Under the pieces are notes generated by a model that made no database searches, was not told where the DNA came from, and saw only the letters and a program-made list of their open reading frames with translations. Source: Nitrosopumilaceae archaeon (lineage in GTDB: Archaea > Thermoproteota > Nitrososphaeria > Nitrososphaerales > Nitrosopumilaceae). Taken from it: DNA of 64,000 nt. The number at the start of each line of letters is the position of its first letter. Position 1 is the stretch's first letter. This document shows positions 51,867 to 62,049 of the stretch, piece by piece. The translations under genes and the position numbers were made by a program. The stretch spans positions 2,048,001 through 2,112,000 of the forward strand of contig OZ242274.1 in NCBI GenBank assembly GCA_965207375.1. The letters are read 5' to 3'.

Positions 51867-52775
51867 CTAGTGCATTTGGTCTAGAACTAATTCTTTTTTC
51901 CACTCTAGGTATTTTGTACTTGGTTTGTATGTAGTATCCTCACCTACACTCATCTCAGGCTCGATATTGTCCAACCAGGATTTGAGTACAGGTTTGCGTT
52001 GCTCTTGCAAGTAATCCGTTATGATAATTCCATAATCCTTCTCCACCATTATGTAACCGTGCTCAAATGCCACATCGCACATCTTACATAATAACAAGCC
52101 GTTGACTGGATTCATAGAGTTTATTGCATCTTTGGTTCTCATTATGGAATAAGGTACTATGTGGGCTCCTACCATCCATTGCTTCAAATCAAACCCACAA
52201 AAGAGGCAATAGCCATACTGTTTTTGCAAGATCTTCTTAAAGATTCCCTGCTTGCGTCTTGCAAATATGGTAGTGAGTTCCCCGCTACAGTGAAAGTTAT
52301 TCATATCCATCTCCTTTTTTGCAATTTCCTCCTCAAGTGGCATGGTGCTTATATCATTCAGGCGCCAGATACCTTTCGCTGTGTTTGGCACGTCACTTTT
52401 CAGATCCACTATTGCTCCACTCATTCGAAGATCCTTGATCACGCTTACGGTTGCATTGTATAGTGAGTTTCCATGCTTGTCGTTGCTTTGTTTGTAATAG
52501 TAATTGTCAAACTGTAGGTTGAGCTTTTTTACCACAAACTTGTCAAGATCGGTTTTGTTGTGCCAGACCGGCTTGCTCAGAAAGTCACGGTTTTTAGAGT
52601 CAGCTTTAGTACTGTCAGAAATTGTCCCGCCCCTTTGGTTCAGATATTCAATGACGGCTTCGCCGATACCTTGAAACTCTGGATGCTTTTTGTATCTACG
52701 CCGCAGGAATTTTAGATCCACATTAGAGTGCATGTCATTGGCATATATTGATATTTTTGACCTCTGCGTGGTCAA
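51867..52775 (-). CDS. HNH endonuclease with a winged-helix (Mrr_N-like) N-terminus
   Basis: KGIWRL; CLFCG..AHIVP..NGLLLCKMCDVAFE. Confidence 0.8.
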   Translation of the reverse strand: MTTQRSKISIYANDMHSNVDLKFLRRRYKKHPEFQGIGEAVIEYLNQRGGTISDSTKADSKNRDFLSKPVWHNKTDLDKFVVKKLNLQFDNYYYKQSNDKHGNSLYNATVSVIKDLRMSGAIVDLKSDVPNTAKGIWRLNDISTMPLEEEIAKKEMDMNNFHCSGELTTIFARRKQGIFKKILQKQYGYCLFCGFDLKQWMVGAHIVPYSIMRTKDAINSMNPVNGLLLCKMCDVAFEHGYIMVEKDYGIIITDYLQEQRKPVLKSWLDNIEPEMSVGEDTTYKPSTKYLEWKKELVLDQMH

Positions 52776-52994
52776 GGCTATTCCTAATACTTGTTCACCG
52801 TATACCTGATTTTGTAATCATTACATCATCTGGACACAAATTAGTTCTATTACGTGAACAAGTACGACGTATCATTTGAAATTATAGAAATAAAATAAAC
52901 CAAACGGACAAGGCAAGTAAGTTGACAATTTGAAGTTTATTAGGACTAGCTAAATTTCGTGGGCATTATATATAGAAAAAATCTAGGCATGCTC

Positions 52995-53765
52995 ATGGCA
53001 GTTTTAGAAATCAAGGATCTACACGTCTCAAGAGATGGTAAAGAGATCCTCAAAGGCGTGAATCTAAAAACCAAACCAGGCGAGGTTCATGCCATTATGG
53101 GTCCAAACGGCTCTGGAAAGAGTACGCTATCTTACACATTACTTGCACATCCAAAATATGAGGTAACTTCAGGGGACATTTTGTTGGATGGGGAAAGCAT
53201 TTTAGAATTATCAGCTGATCAAAGAGCAAAAAAAGGATTGTTCCTAGGATTTCAATATCCGACAGAGGTATCGGGGGTCGGATTTTCACATTTTTTGAGA
53301 ACATCGTATAATTCGCTAAGCAAGGCACTACAAGGAGAAGATAGAGAAGTATTCATTACAGTTAGGGAATTTCAGAAATATCTCAAAGATAATTTGAATA
53401 AAGTTGGCCTAAGAGATGAGTTTCTTTCAAGATATCTAAATGAGGGATTTTCTGGTGGAGAAAAGAAAAGATCAGAGGTGCTACAGATGGCAGTATTAAA
53501 GCCAAAAATTTCAATTCTTGATGAACCAGATTCAGGTTTAGATGTTGATGCAGTTCAGTCAGTTGCCAAAGCAATCAGTGAGGTATCTGCAAAAGACTCT
53601 ACGGTAATCGTCATTACACATTATGCAAGAATTTTAAAATTCTTAAACAAATTAGATCATGTCCACGTATTTGCAAAAGGCCAGATACTCAAAAGTGGAG
53701 ATGCAGCACTAGCAGATGAGCTAGATGAAAAAGGATACGACTGGGTTCTCAACGAAACACAATAA
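52995..53765 (+). CDS. sufC: Fe-S assembly ATPase SufC
   Basis: GPNGSGKST, FQYP, NEGFSGGEKKR, DEPDSGLD, ITHY. Confidence 0.96.
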   Translation: MAVLEIKDLHVSRDGKEILKGVNLKTKPGEVHAIMGPNGSGKSTLSYTLLAHPKYEVTSGDILLDGESILELSADQRAKKGLFLGFQYPTEVSGVGFSHFLRTSYNSLSKALQGEDREVFITVREFQKYLKDNLNKVGLRDEFLSRYLNEGFSGGEKKRSEVLQMAVLKPKISILDEPDSGLDVDAVQSVAKAISEVSAKDSTVIVITHYARILKFLNKLDHVHVFAKGQILKSGDAALADELDEKGYDWVLNETQ

Positions 53766-54303
53766 AAAAAATTCTGTTGCTAAATGGTAAATATTTGCAG
53801 TATCTTGCAAATTGTACAGTATCAAAAAAATCAGTTACAATATAAAAAATGAAAATTTCCAGGAAATTTTGCACCTAAACAAGACACGATGAATTTTTGA
53901 CAAGAATATACAGTAATTTCAAAAAAGAGCGGCAATCTAGACCCCGAGCAATGTCATAATAATTTGAGTTATGGTTTTATTTTTTTGTAATTACTATACA
54001 TGTTTTAGATTTACGGATTTGAAAATGTCAATTGAGTTTTTACAACATATTCATGGAGATATCTGAAACTCTCCTCAAAGAAAAACAGGTTCTTGATAGT
54101 TTTTTATCAAACAGCGTGTCACTGTCACAGTAGAACACATTTGTCCCATGAAAGGCGTAAAGATTCGTATCTCATAAATTACAGAAATCTATCTAATCTC
54201 AGAGAATTCACATGGTACTGTTAAACCAATACAAAAAATTTTTGAAATAACACAAGAATCAAATCATTTCTTTATTTAAATAAGGTATAAAATCAAAAAA
54301 AAC

Positions 54304-54978
54304 ATGTCAAAAGAAGACGAGCAATATTTTTTCAATTTTTCATTCTTTAAAATCGATCCCAAATGGAGATGGATGGCAGATTTGGCAAAGAGCGAATCTG
54401 CAAAGGAGGTAGAAAACGTCATCAAGAACTCTGGAATTAAAACAAGAACATATTCCACATTGGGATTAAGAGAGGATGCAGAATTTCTGTTTTGGTTTGC
54501 TGCAAAAACGGTTGAAGAAATACAGCAAGTAATATCAAAAGTATACCTTACAGTATTTGGAAAGTACATTGTACCATCTCAGACGTATCTTTCGTGTACA
54601 AGACCATCAATTTATGCAAAAACTGCAAAGCCCATGTCTTTTGTTGCAGGAGACGACCCAAAAAAATACGTCATAGTGTATCCGTTTATCAAAAGTAGGG
54701 AATGGTATCTGCTAACAAAGGAAAAAAGACAGGAACTAATGGATGAGCACATAAACGTGAGCCAAAAATATCCCCAAGTTGCGCTAAACACGACATACTC
54801 GTTTGGCATCGATGACCAGGACTTTATGCTTGCATTTGAGGTAGATGATTTACGTGATTTTCAGAACCTCATCATGGAGTTGCGCGAAACACAGGTCTCA
54901 AGATTCGTAACATCAGATATTCCGATGATTCCATGTGTAAGAAAGGACATAATTTCACTCATAAACAGTTTGGGATAA
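54304..54978 (+). CDS. Chlorite dismutase/coproheme decarboxylase family protein
   Basis: VYPFIKSREWY, EH, YSFGIDDQDF. Confidence 0.9.
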   Translation: MSKEDEQYFFNFSFFKIDPKWRWMADLAKSESAKEVENVIKNSGIKTRTYSTLGLREDAEFLFWFAAKTVEEIQQVISKVYLTVFGKYIVPSQTYLSCTRPSIYAKTAKPMSFVAGDDPKKYVIVYPFIKSREWYLLTKEKRQELMDEHINVSQKYPQVALNTTYSFGIDDQDFMLAFEVDDLRDFQNLIMELRETQVSRFVTSDIPMIPCVRKDIISLINSLG

Positions 54979-55115
54979 ATCAAAAATGCACGGTAACCTG
55001 TCAAAAAGATTTCAAGGCTGCAAATCTCGGATAAACATAAATGCCAAAATAAAAGATTGTCATCTAGTTTTGAGTAAAGAAAAATCTGCACAAAATTTGT
55101 CAGGAGAGTCATAAA

Positions 55116-56108
55116 TTGAAATACAACACGTTGGGGAAAAGCAAAATCAAGGTCTCAGAAATAGGTTTTGGAGCATGGACTATAGCACTGAACTGGTGGG
55201 GAAAGGAAATCCAAGAAGACGAGGCAAAAAGAATGCTAAAAAAGGCATATGATTTGGGAATCAACTTTTTTGAAACAGCAGACATGTACGGGAAGGGAAA
55301 AAGTGAAAAATTAATCGGCGAGGTTTTCAAAGACATGAGAGATGAGGTGGTAATTTCAACAAAATACGGATATGACTTTGAATCAGTAGAACAAATTGGA
55401 CACAGTGAATTGCCACAATATTTTGATGAAAATTTTACAAAAAAGGCACTAGAAAATAGCTTAGAGAGATTGCAGACAGACTATGTCGACATGTACGGAC
55501 TACACAATCCCAAGATACATCACATTCGAGACGATTCAATTTTCAGTACGTTGGATTTATTAAAAAATCAAGGCAAGATCAAGACATGCCAAGCTGCCTT
55601 GGGACCTGCAATAGGATGGACTCAAGAGGGAATAGAGGCAATGAACCGGCCAAATATCAGCGCAGTACAAACAGTATACAACATTTTAGAGCAGACTCCA
55701 GGAAATGAATTGCTTGAAAATGCAGTTAAAAACGAGGTGGGGATTCTAGTCAGAGTTCCTGACGCATCGGGAATACTGACAGGTAAAGTAAATGCAGATA
55801 CAAAAATAGATGAAAAGGATCACCGTTCGGTAAGAAAGGGTCAATGGATAAAGGCATCACTAAAAAAAGTAGAGCAGCTGCGTCCCATTGCAAAAAGAAA
55901 CGGACTAAACATTACAGAGTTGGCAATCAAATTCATTTTGTCAAAAAAAGGAATTTCATCTGTCTTTCCCACAGTAGTCAGTACGGAGGAAATCGAGCAG
56001 TTCTCTGCAATCTCTGATGGAAGATACATCAATGCATCAGATTTGAAAGAAATTGATGACTTGTTTAACTCATGGCCTCAATACGAGTTAAAATCAACGG
56101 TACAGTAA
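55116..56108 (+). CDS. Aldo/keto reductase
   Basis: VSEIGFG, ETADMYG, STK, SLERLQTDYVD..H. Confidence 0.92.
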   Translation: MKYNTLGKSKIKVSEIGFGAWTIALNWWGKEIQEDEAKRMLKKAYDLGINFFETADMYGKGKSEKLIGEVFKDMRDEVVISTKYGYDFESVEQIGHSELPQYFDENFTKKALENSLERLQTDYVDMYGLHNPKIHHIRDDSIFSTLDLLKNQGKIKTCQAALGPAIGWTQEGIEAMNRPNISAVQTVYNILEQTPGNELLENAVKNEVGILVRVPDASGILTGKVNADTKIDEKDHRSVRKGQWIKASLKKVEQLRPIAKRNGLNITELAIKFILSKKGISSVFPTVVSTEEIEQFSAISDGRYINASDLKEIDDLFNSWPQYELKSTVQ

Positions 56109-56441
56109 ATGTACGACGTAAACCCAGAATACACCATCGACATCATAGAGCAGTTAAAGGCTGCTAAAATAGGAAACTATACAAAATGGAAAAAATTAAT
56201 TAAAAAAATCCAAAATTATGAGAAATTAAATGAGGCAGAAATCAGTTATCTGACAACGTTTACAAGAGTATACAAAAATTCCAAAATTACAGCACGCAGC
56301 AAGATACTTCACGTAAAATTGTCCAAAGAAGATCAAAGGCCAAAATGCCAGTCGTGTGAAGAAAAATCAGATTTTTATTGCAATCAAAATGACGCATACT
56401 TTTGTAAAACACACATAATCGGGCACGACAATAATGAGTGA
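56109..56441 (+). CDS. Hypothetical protein with a C-terminal B-box-like Zn finger
   Basis: CQSC..C..D..FC..H..H. Confidence 0.65.
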   Translation: MYDVNPEYTIDIIEQLKAAKIGNYTKWKKLIKKIQNYEKLNEAEISYLTTFTRVYKNSKITARSKILHVKLSKEDQRPKCQSCEEKSDFYCNQNDAYFCKTHIIGHDNNE

Positions 56442-56445
56442 TGAT

Positions 56446-57468
56446 TCAAGCAGGTATAGTTTTCTCTAATGAAAAATCACGTTCTACAAAATATTCTACT
56501 CGTGTTTTTTTAAATTCGCGCGAGCTAAATAGAATTTTGTATTCATGAACTCCAATTTGCTCCTCAATTTGGGCAGAAACTGTACCTGCCTCCTTGACAC
56601 TCTTACAATGAATCATCGAAAAGACGTTGTAGGGCCAGTCAGGATAGGTTGGTCTTTGATAGCAATGACTTACTTGGGGGAATGCTCCTAGTTTTTCACC
56701 CACACTTTCAATTTTGTCCTCTGGCACCTTCCAGACAATCATGCCATTTGCAGTAAAGCCTGCATCCCGGTGTCGCAATATTGCTGCAAAACGCCTAAGA
56801 ACGCCAATTTCTTCATATTCTTTTAGTTTTGAAAAAATGTCATCAACACTCATTGATAGGCTTTTAGAATATTTCAAAAACGGTTCCTCAACAATCTCAA
56901 GATCCTTTTGTAGGTGACGGATGAATTCCTTGTCTTGTTCGGTTGGAGAAAAGACCACATTTTTGATCTGTTTTTTCTCCTCAGATGGTTTTACATCGTG
57001 CTTTTTTTCATCAACCATGTCCAATTTAACACCTATTTTGAACAATTTTATCGTTGGAAGCATTCTAGTTTTTTTGATTCCAGTCAACTTTGAGAATTTG
57101 GCCAGTTCGGTTTTGAGTTCAGAGCCTGGGGGAACTGCCAAAGTAAACCAAAGATTGAATTGATGATCCCGCTCATAGTTGTGACTTACGCCTGGATGTC
57201 TGTTTATTTGGCTTGCAACATGTTCTAATTTGTCTGATTCGATTTCCATAGCCACCAAGGAACTTTTGTATCCTAGTTTTCTCGTATCAAAAATGGCACT
57301 TAGCTGTCTTAAAACACCGGTTTGTTTCAGGCGCTCTAGTTTTTTCATCAAAAATTCCGGAGTTACATCAAATTTTTTGGCAATGGCATGAAATGGTTTT
57401 GGCACCAGTGGAAATGTCCACTGTATTTCGTTTAGGATTTCTTTGTCAAGCTCGTCCATAATAGTCAA
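56446..57468 (-). CDS. ahbAB: Fused siroheme decarboxylase AhbA/AhbB (NirDL-like)
   Basis: Two Lrp-like halves with VSHNYER and VSHCYQR; divergent from the heme operon. Confidence 0.85.
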   Translation of the reverse strand: MTIMDELDKEILNEIQWTFPLVPKPFHAIAKKFDVTPEFLMKKLERLKQTGVLRQLSAIFDTRKLGYKSSLVAMEIESDKLEHVASQINRHPGVSHNYERDHQFNLWFTLAVPPGSELKTELAKFSKLTGIKKTRMLPTIKLFKIGVKLDMVDEKKHDVKPSEEKKQIKNVVFSPTEQDKEFIRHLQKDLEIVEEPFLKYSKSLSMSVDDIFSKLKEYEEIGVLRRFAAILRHRDAGFTANGMIVWKVPEDKIESVGEKLGAFPQVSHCYQRPTYPDWPYNVFSMIHCKSVKEAGTVSAQIEEQIGVHEYKILFSSREFKKTRVEYFVERDFSLEKTIPA

Positions 57469-57686
57469 TGTACAGATTTTTTATGGTTCAATTAAAAATG
57501 TAACGTAAAATACTGCCTTTTGCAAACCTAGTCAGAAAGACTCATGGCTTTTGGTAAAACAGATGTTACTGGTGTTATAGGGATTTTTGATTTAGGCAAA
57601 ATGAGCCGGAACCATCATATCAGACTGTCCAATGCCAAATTATACATATCGAATCTATAAATACAAACTCGGGCTCCCAAGGATCG

Positions 57687-58346
57687 TTGATTGTGGATCT
57701 TCACCTAAAAGGAGAGTTGGTAATTATAATAGGTGGAGGTTCTGAAGGATTAAAAAAAATCAATTCGTTGCTAACACAAAACTGTGAAATTATGTTGTTT
57801 AGTGATACTACAAATGGGCAGATTGACAAATATGTAAGGGCAAAAAAAATCCGATTCAAAAAAATGACCCTAAAGGATGCAGATTTTCTTGTAAAATACA
57901 AGCCGTATATCGTAATGGCTACAACAAATGATAGAAAATTGAATCGCAAAATTGTCCAAAAGGCAAAAAAGATGAGATGTGTGGCATATGCATCTGATGA
58001 TCCTGAGGTGAGTGATTTTGCATATCCTGCAATAATCAACATTGAAGATACCATACAGGTGGCAATATCAACCGGCGGAAAAAGTCCCGCTATGGCCAGA
58101 AAAATAAAGATAGAGGCTGAAAAAATTTTCAAAAAGGTCGTAAAAAAAGAGGATATTTTACAGATCAGACTACAGCAGATCGCACGGGAGCAGGCCAAAA
58201 AAAAGATAGACACACAGCAACAAAGAAGGCGGTTCCTTTATTCTGTGATAAACGACGAAACGGTTAAACAGTTAATAAAAAATGATGATTTCAAAAGAGC
58301 TCAAACTAGAATTAATGCAATGTTGAGGAAATGGAATGAAAAATAA
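57687..58346 (+). CDS. sirC: Precorrin-2 dehydrogenase/sirohydrochlorin ferrochelatase
   Basis: IIGGG, DDPEVSDF, ISTGGKSP. Confidence 0.88.
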   Translation: MIVDLHLKGELVIIIGGGSEGLKKINSLLTQNCEIMLFSDTTNGQIDKYVRAKKIRFKKMTLKDADFLVKYKPYIVMATTNDRKLNRKIVQKAKKMRCVAYASDDPEVSDFAYPAIINIEDTIQVAISTGGKSPAMARKIKIEAEKIFKKVVKKEDILQIRLQQIAREQAKKKIDTQQQRRRFLYSVINDETVKQLIKNDDFKRAQTRINAMLRKWNEK

Positions 58347-59589
58347 CATAATCAATGCAAGGGTGACTTTTCGTAATTCTCCAATTCATATATTAGAAAG
58401 ATTTACCTTTAAAAATATCGGCGAGGCATACGAACAATTCAAAAAGCATTCGGATGCAGATGAATGCGTGATTTTGCAAACATGCAACAGAGTAGAATTA
58501 TTTGTTATAGGAAACAATGATGTGTCCAAATTAAAAAAGACTTGGGCATCGTTGACGGGTCTAGAAGAAAATGCGTTTGATGAGAACTTTGAATGTGTAA
58601 CAAATAGCGATGCCTACAAGCACCTGTTAAAGCTCACGTCTGGTTTGGATTCTATGGTAATTGGCGAGGAGCAGATCCTAGGACAGGTAAAAAATTCAAT
58701 CACAAATGCAAGGGACATGAGATCCTCTGGAGAGTGCCTCAATACACTGTTTGACAAAGCCATCAAAATAGGAACAAGAATCAGAAACTCGACTGAGATC
58801 AACAGAGGTGGAATTTCGGTTGGCTCAATGGCAGTCAAATTGGCAGAAGAAAATGTAGATGATCTAAAGTCAAAGATGATCTTGTTGATTGGAACAGGGG
58901 AAATATCGACTCTAGTTGCAAAATCACTAACACGTAGGGGATATAATTTTCACGTAACTAGCAGAACCATACAGCGGGCAAATGCGTTTTGTGAGACATT
59001 GGGCGGAGCGCCGATAAAATTTGAGGAGGTATTGACATGTTTTGAAAATTATGATGTGATTCTAGTTGCAACTACGGCACCGTATTTCCTTGTGACATAT
59101 GAAAAAATTACAAATGCAATGAAGCAAAAACAAAAAGGAATGATGATTTTAGATCTGTCAAATCCTAGAACCGTCGATGAAAAGGTGGCAACACTGTCAG
59201 GAGTAAAACTGATGAATTTGGATCAGATTGCAGAGATGGTTGATAAAAACATGAAAAAGAGAATCAACAAGGTAAAAACGGTTGAAACTATAATTAATGA
59301 CGAGTTAGAGGTATTACAGGCGTCTATGAATCGATTAAATGCAGAACCATTGGTAAAGGAGGTTTTCAAAAACATTGATGCATTAAGAGAAAAAGAGCTG
59401 CAAAAGGCGCTAAAAATGCTAGGCGAAAACGATCAAGACAGGATAAAAATTATTGAAGAGCTCACAAAGGCGCTAGTTGAAAGTATTGTATCTACCCCCA
59501 TGAATAATTTAAGAAAGGCATCAGAGAAAGGAGAGTCAAACATTGTAGATATTGCAAGCAAATTGTTTGATTATGCCAAAAGGCAATAG
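58336..59589 (+). CDS. hemA: Glutamyl-tRNA reductase
   Basis: TCNRVE, GLDSMVIGEEQILGQ. Confidence 0.97.
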   Translation: MKNNIINARVTFRNSPIHILERFTFKNIGEAYEQFKKHSDADECVILQTCNRVELFVIGNNDVSKLKKTWASLTGLEENAFDENFECVTNSDAYKHLLKLTSGLDSMVIGEEQILGQVKNSITNARDMRSSGECLNTLFDKAIKIGTRIRNSTEINRGGISVGSMAVKLAEENVDDLKSKMILLIGTGEISTLVAKSLTRRGYNFHVTSRTIQRANAFCETLGGAPIKFEEVLTCFENYDVILVATTAPYFLVTYEKITNAMKQKQKGMMILDLSNPRTVDEKVATLSGVKLMNLDQIAEMVDKNMKKRINKVKTVETIINDELEVLQASMNRLNAEPLVKEVFKNIDALREKELQKALKMLGENDQDRIKIIEELTKALVESIVSTPMNNLRKASEKGESNIVDIASKLFDYAKRQ

Positions 59590-59626
59590 ACTAGGATTAT
59601 ATTTGTAGTGAGATATTTTTCAAGTA

Positions 59627-60610
59627 TTGTCATTTCCTGCCTCCCGGCTACGCAGAATGCGAATATCTGAGAAAATGAGAGAGCTGGTTCAAGAAACGGA
59701 CCTGCAGCCTAGAGATTTTATTGCACCGATATTTGTTCAAGAGGATCTTAAAACTAGAGTGGAGATTGATTCCATGTCGGATTTGCAAAGAATTCCGCTA
59801 GATGATGTCAATGACGAGGTAGGTACAATTTCAGATTTGGGAATTTCTGCAGTCATGCTGTTTGGAATACCTGCAAACAAGGATGATGCAGGCAACTCAG
59901 CCTTTGATGAGTCAGGCATTGTACAAAAGGCAATTGAGCAGGTTAGAAAAAACTTTGGAGATAAAATGGTAATAATGGCAGATGTGTGTCTGTGCCAATA
60001 CACATCAACTGGGCATTGTGGCCTGATCAAGGACGGCAAAATAGACAACGATTCCAGCAATGACGTTTTGTCAAAAATTGCCACCAGTCAGGCAATGGCT
60101 GGAGCAGACGTGGTTTCACCATCTGCAATGATGGACGGCCAAGTAGCACGCATAAGACGCGGACTAGATGAGGTAGGATTTACAGACGTGTCAATAATGT
60201 CACATTCGGCAAAACATAGATCATCATTTTATTCACCATTTAGGGACGCTGCACAGTGTGCACCAAAGTTTGGAGACAGAAAAACATATCAGGTTCCATT
60301 TACAAATGCACGAGAAGCAATGAGGGAGGTGGAATTAGACGTCAACGAAGGTGTAGATATCGTAATGATAAAACCTGCATTATCTTATTTAGATTTGATT
60401 GCAGAGACTAGGAGGAGGTTTGATGTGCCAGTGTCAGCATATAGTGTATCTGGAGAGTATGCACTAGTAAAAGGGGCTGCAAGACAAGGATGGATAAATG
60501 AGGATGAAATTACACAAGAAATTTTGCATTCTATAAAAAGAGCAGGCGCAGACATGATAGTTACCTATTTTGCAAAATCGGCTGCAAGATTACTCAATGA
60601 TTCCAAATGA
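59627..60610 (+). CDS. hemB: Porphobilinogen synthase
   Basis: DVCLCQY..GHCG, MMDG, FYSPFRDA, MIKPA, VSGEY. Confidence 0.97.
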   Translation: MSFPASRLRRMRISEKMRELVQETDLQPRDFIAPIFVQEDLKTRVEIDSMSDLQRIPLDDVNDEVGTISDLGISAVMLFGIPANKDDAGNSAFDESGIVQKAIEQVRKNFGDKMVIMADVCLCQYTSTGHCGLIKDGKIDNDSSNDVLSKIATSQAMAGADVVSPSAMMDGQVARIRRGLDEVGFTDVSIMSHSAKHRSSFYSPFRDAAQCAPKFGDRKTYQVPFTNAREAMREVELDVNEGVDIVMIKPALSYLDLIAETRRRFDVPVSAYSVSGEYALVKGAARQGWINEDEITQEILHSIKRAGADMIVTYFAKSAARLLNDSK

Positions 60611-60918
60611 GAGACGACGAGCGTTTTGAGATAGAGAGGGCATTTGACCTGCTTCCGCATGTGGCAGGTGCTAGTTGGGCCACATTATGGTTTAGACTAA
60701 ATGCGATAAAAAATCCAACAGCAAAAGAGTTTAGGGAAAAGACTGCACAGTATTTCAAAAAGCTAGATGTACTGTACGAGTCGTTTCCAGACAATAAAGA
60801 ATTTGCAGGAATCTTAAAGTTCATCAGATGGAGAAGGGACGAGGAGATCAAAAGGATCCTAAATGGACTCAATCCTGAAATAGAAAAGCGCTACAAAAGA
60901 TATGTCGATTACGGATAG
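60607..60918 (+). CDS. Hypothetical protein coupled to hemB
   Basis: ATGA overlap; clean ORF. Confidence 0.7.
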   Translation: MRDDERFEIERAFDLLPHVAGASWATLWFRLNAIKNPTAKEFREKTAQYFKKLDVLYESFPDNKEFAGILKFIRWRRDEEIKRILNGLNPEIEKRYKRYVDYG

Positions 60919-61010
60919 GTTAAAATTTGTTTGATTTTTATATGATAATTTTACAGATTTTTAGAAAATATGGATCGATGTTTATCTTGGTATGAAATCC
61001 AACTCGGAGC

Positions 61011-61394
61011 ATGTCAGAAAAGATAGAATATGGACAAAAGTTAGACAGAATACTAGGCATTGACAAAAACATTAGATTTGCAATTGTAAGTGACATGAAT
61101 GGAAGACCCATTGTATCAAAAAGCAAGCCAGGCATCAGCCTATATTTGAGTCCAGAGGACACTCAGGAAACATTACAGCATGCAGTTTCGGCATGGAAGT
61201 CAAGAATGAAGCATTATGACAAGATAGGAAACGGGATATACACCCTAGCAGTGTATGAAAAAATACGAAGGGTAACGGTTCCGTTAAAGAGTGGAAATCT
61301 TTTGCTAGTTACCATAGACAACGAAGGCGGTCAACAGCAAATAGTTGATAAAATCCTAAACGAAGTCTTGTATCACGATTATACAAAGGCATAA
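61011..61394 (+). CDS. Roadblock/DUF6659-like protein
   Basis: IRFAIVSDMNG..KIG..YEKI pattern. Confidence 0.7.
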   Translation: MSEKIEYGQKLDRILGIDKNIRFAIVSDMNGRPIVSKSKPGISLYLSPEDTQETLQHAVSAWKSRMKHYDKIGNGIYTLAVYEKIRRVTVPLKSGNLLLVTIDNEGGQQQIVDKILNEVLYHDYTKA

Positions 61395-61425
61395 TCATAC
61401 AAGAATTTCAAATTTTTATCCTAAA

Positions 61426-62049
61426 TTAAGAGATTTCCTTGGATAGTTGATTTAGGAAATTTTTCAGAGTGTGTGTTCTTTGTTTTGCAAGTAATTTTCC
61501 AGTTTTTGTATTCATTAATTTTTCAAGCTTTAGTAGTTTTGTATAGAAATGATCAACTGTCCATTTTTGATCATTGGGTGTATGTATTTTGCAGAATGGA
61601 TCATCTGTGTTATACAGCTGTCTCATTTCAGAGCCTGCCACTGCAAAAACTCTGGCAATTCCAATTGCACCTATTGCATCCAACCTGTCTGCATCTTGGA
61701 GTATTTTGCCTTCAATGGTTTTGGGAATTTTGTTTTTGGAAAAGCTGTGATCACGTATGGCATCAGAAATCAGGGTGATTTCGTGTACGGTATAGTCATG
61801 TTTTTTTAGGATTTTTTCTGCCTCGAGTGCACTGATATCAGAGGCGGTCTTGTTTCTTGGATCGGATTTTTTAAAAGATACCACATCATGTAACAGCACT
61901 GCTGCAAGTACCAGCTCGGGGTTTATTTTTTCCTTTTTGCACAGCAGTTGTGCATTTTTGTAAACGCGCATTATATGTGATAAATCATGTGCAGTGTCAT
62001 TTTTGGTTAGTTTTTGAACTTTGATTTTTACGTGATTTAATCTAGACAT
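61426..62049 (-). CDS. HD-domain phosphohydrolase
   Basis: AHDLSH, LLHD, HSFS, QDADRLDAIGA. Confidence 0.92.
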   Translation of the reverse strand: MSRLNHVKIKVQKLTKNDTAHDLSHIMRVYKNAQLLCKKEKINPELVLAAVLLHDVVSFKKSDPRNKTASDISALEAEKILKKHDYTVHEITLISDAIRDHSFSKNKIPKTIEGKILQDADRLDAIGAIGIARVFAVAGSEMRQLYNTDDPFCKIHTPNDQKWTVDHFYTKLLKLEKLMNTKTGKLLAKQRTHTLKNFLNQLSKEIS

